Source: Candidatus Methanoperedenaceae archaeon
GTDB lineage: Archaea; Halobacteriota; Methanosarcinia; Methanosarcinales; Methanoperedenaceae
Assembly (NCBI GenBank): GCA_014859785.1
Contig: JACUTP010000001.1
Location: forward strand, 1 to 33,794
Reading direction: 5' to 3'
Length of the DNA: 33,794 nucleotides
Part shown: piece after piece, positions 33,436 through 33,794 of the stretch
Position numbering within the stretch: the first letter of the stretch is position 1
How the letters are laid out: each line of letters begins with the position of its first letter
The notes under the pieces: model-generated
Seen by the model: the letters and a program-made list of their open reading frames with translations, nothing else
What the model was told of the DNA's origin: nothing
Databases searched by the model: none
Program-made: the position numbers and the translations under genes

Positions 33436-33738
33436 TTAATCCACCTCTACCGTTATCGAATTCCCCTCAACTTTAACAGGATAAGTTTCTAAATCATAAG
33501 TCTTAACCTTTGATAAAAGCATGCCTGCATACTGGAAATATTTCATTAGACTTTCCGGTATTGGTTCCTCTCCAAAATCGGCTGGAACAGGGCCGCTTAA
33601 AACCTCGCCTGTAGTTATATCGAACTGGGAATGGTGCAGAGGGCAGGTTAAAATATAGCCCTCCAGGGTTCCCATTTCCAGGGGAGCTACCAGCTTATTT
33701 TTTTCCTCGTTTGTTATGAATGTTAAATCAGTAGTCAT
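33436..33738 (-). CDS. Rieske-like domain protein lacking the first Cys/His ligand pair
   Basis: 100 aa. 'CPLHHSQFDITTGEVLSGP' is the second Rieske box (CPxH...F...tG...gP). The expected first box CxH about 17-20 residues upstream is replaced by 'KNKLVAPLEMG'. Confidence 0.65.
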   Translation of the reverse strand: MTTDLTFITNEEKNKLVAPLEMGTLEGYILTCPLHHSQFDITTGEVLSGPVPADFGEEPIPESLMKYFQYAGMLLSKVKTYDLETYPVKVEGNSITVEVD

Positions 33739-33766
33739 AATGAACTAACAATAATTTAGTTTTTAA

Positions 33767-33794
33767 ACGTATAGGAAAGTATAAACGCATTTTC
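33767..33794 (-). repeat. Copy C of the TATA-bearing 28-mer (cut by the window end)
   Basis: Identical over all 28 nt to 10885-10912. The TATA-like TTTATAC (33779-33785, minus strand) starts 47 nt upstream of the ATG at 33738. Confidence 0.85.

Noticed and set aside
1-33794. Search by eye for CRISPR arrays, rRNA, intact tRNAs (GGTTCGAATCC-type T-loops), transposases or integrases
   Set aside because: None found. The only TTCGAAT strings (about 11770 and about 23295) lack tRNA context, and the latter is inside the helicase CDS. A computational scan (tRNAscan-SE, Infernal, ISfinder) would be needed to be certain.

Overview
Euryarchaeal chromosomal segment. Hallmarks are an HMf-type histone, TiaS, ArcS, an RPA plus RPA-associated protein pair, Lhr and Ski2-like helicases, PpsA, PdxS and CysS. 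The large cytochrome c maturation cluster suggests a cytochrome-rich Methanosarcinales/ANME-like lineage, but that is inference only. (i) 0.5-7.7 kb holds extracytoplasmic thiol-redox / cytochrome c maturation genes. Six sit in one tightly packed minus-strand operon (Trx-like lipoprotein, PCYCGC protein, CcdA, NapH-like polyferredoxin, Trx-like protein, CcmF), and a second CcdA is convergent. (ii) 7.7-12.3 kb is an accessory patch. It contains a ~2.2 kb low-GC three-gene operon ending in a PIN-like nuclease, which is my best candidate for an undescribed toxin/defence system. It also contains a histone gene that stops before helix alpha3, decayed speB and hicB fragments, a UPF0175/PIN toxin-antitoxin pair and an orphan membrane protein. 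The 1.4-11.0 kb interval is bracketed by near-identical inverted ~155-nt modules (core 85/88 identical). Each module carries a 16-bp hairpin, 10-nt-phased AGTTCG hexamers and a TATA-bearing 28-mer, and the 28-mer recurs a third time at the window end. (iii) 12.3-33.8 kb is mostly housekeeping. Exceptions are a frameshifted ferredoxin:thioredoxin-reductase-like/rubredoxin gene, a Rieske-like protein lacking half its cluster ligands, and a perfect 30-nt direct repeat at 21.7 and 30.0 kb. By eye I found no rRNA, tRNA, CRISPR array or recognisable transposase. All family assignments rest on motifs recognised by eye; no searches were run.
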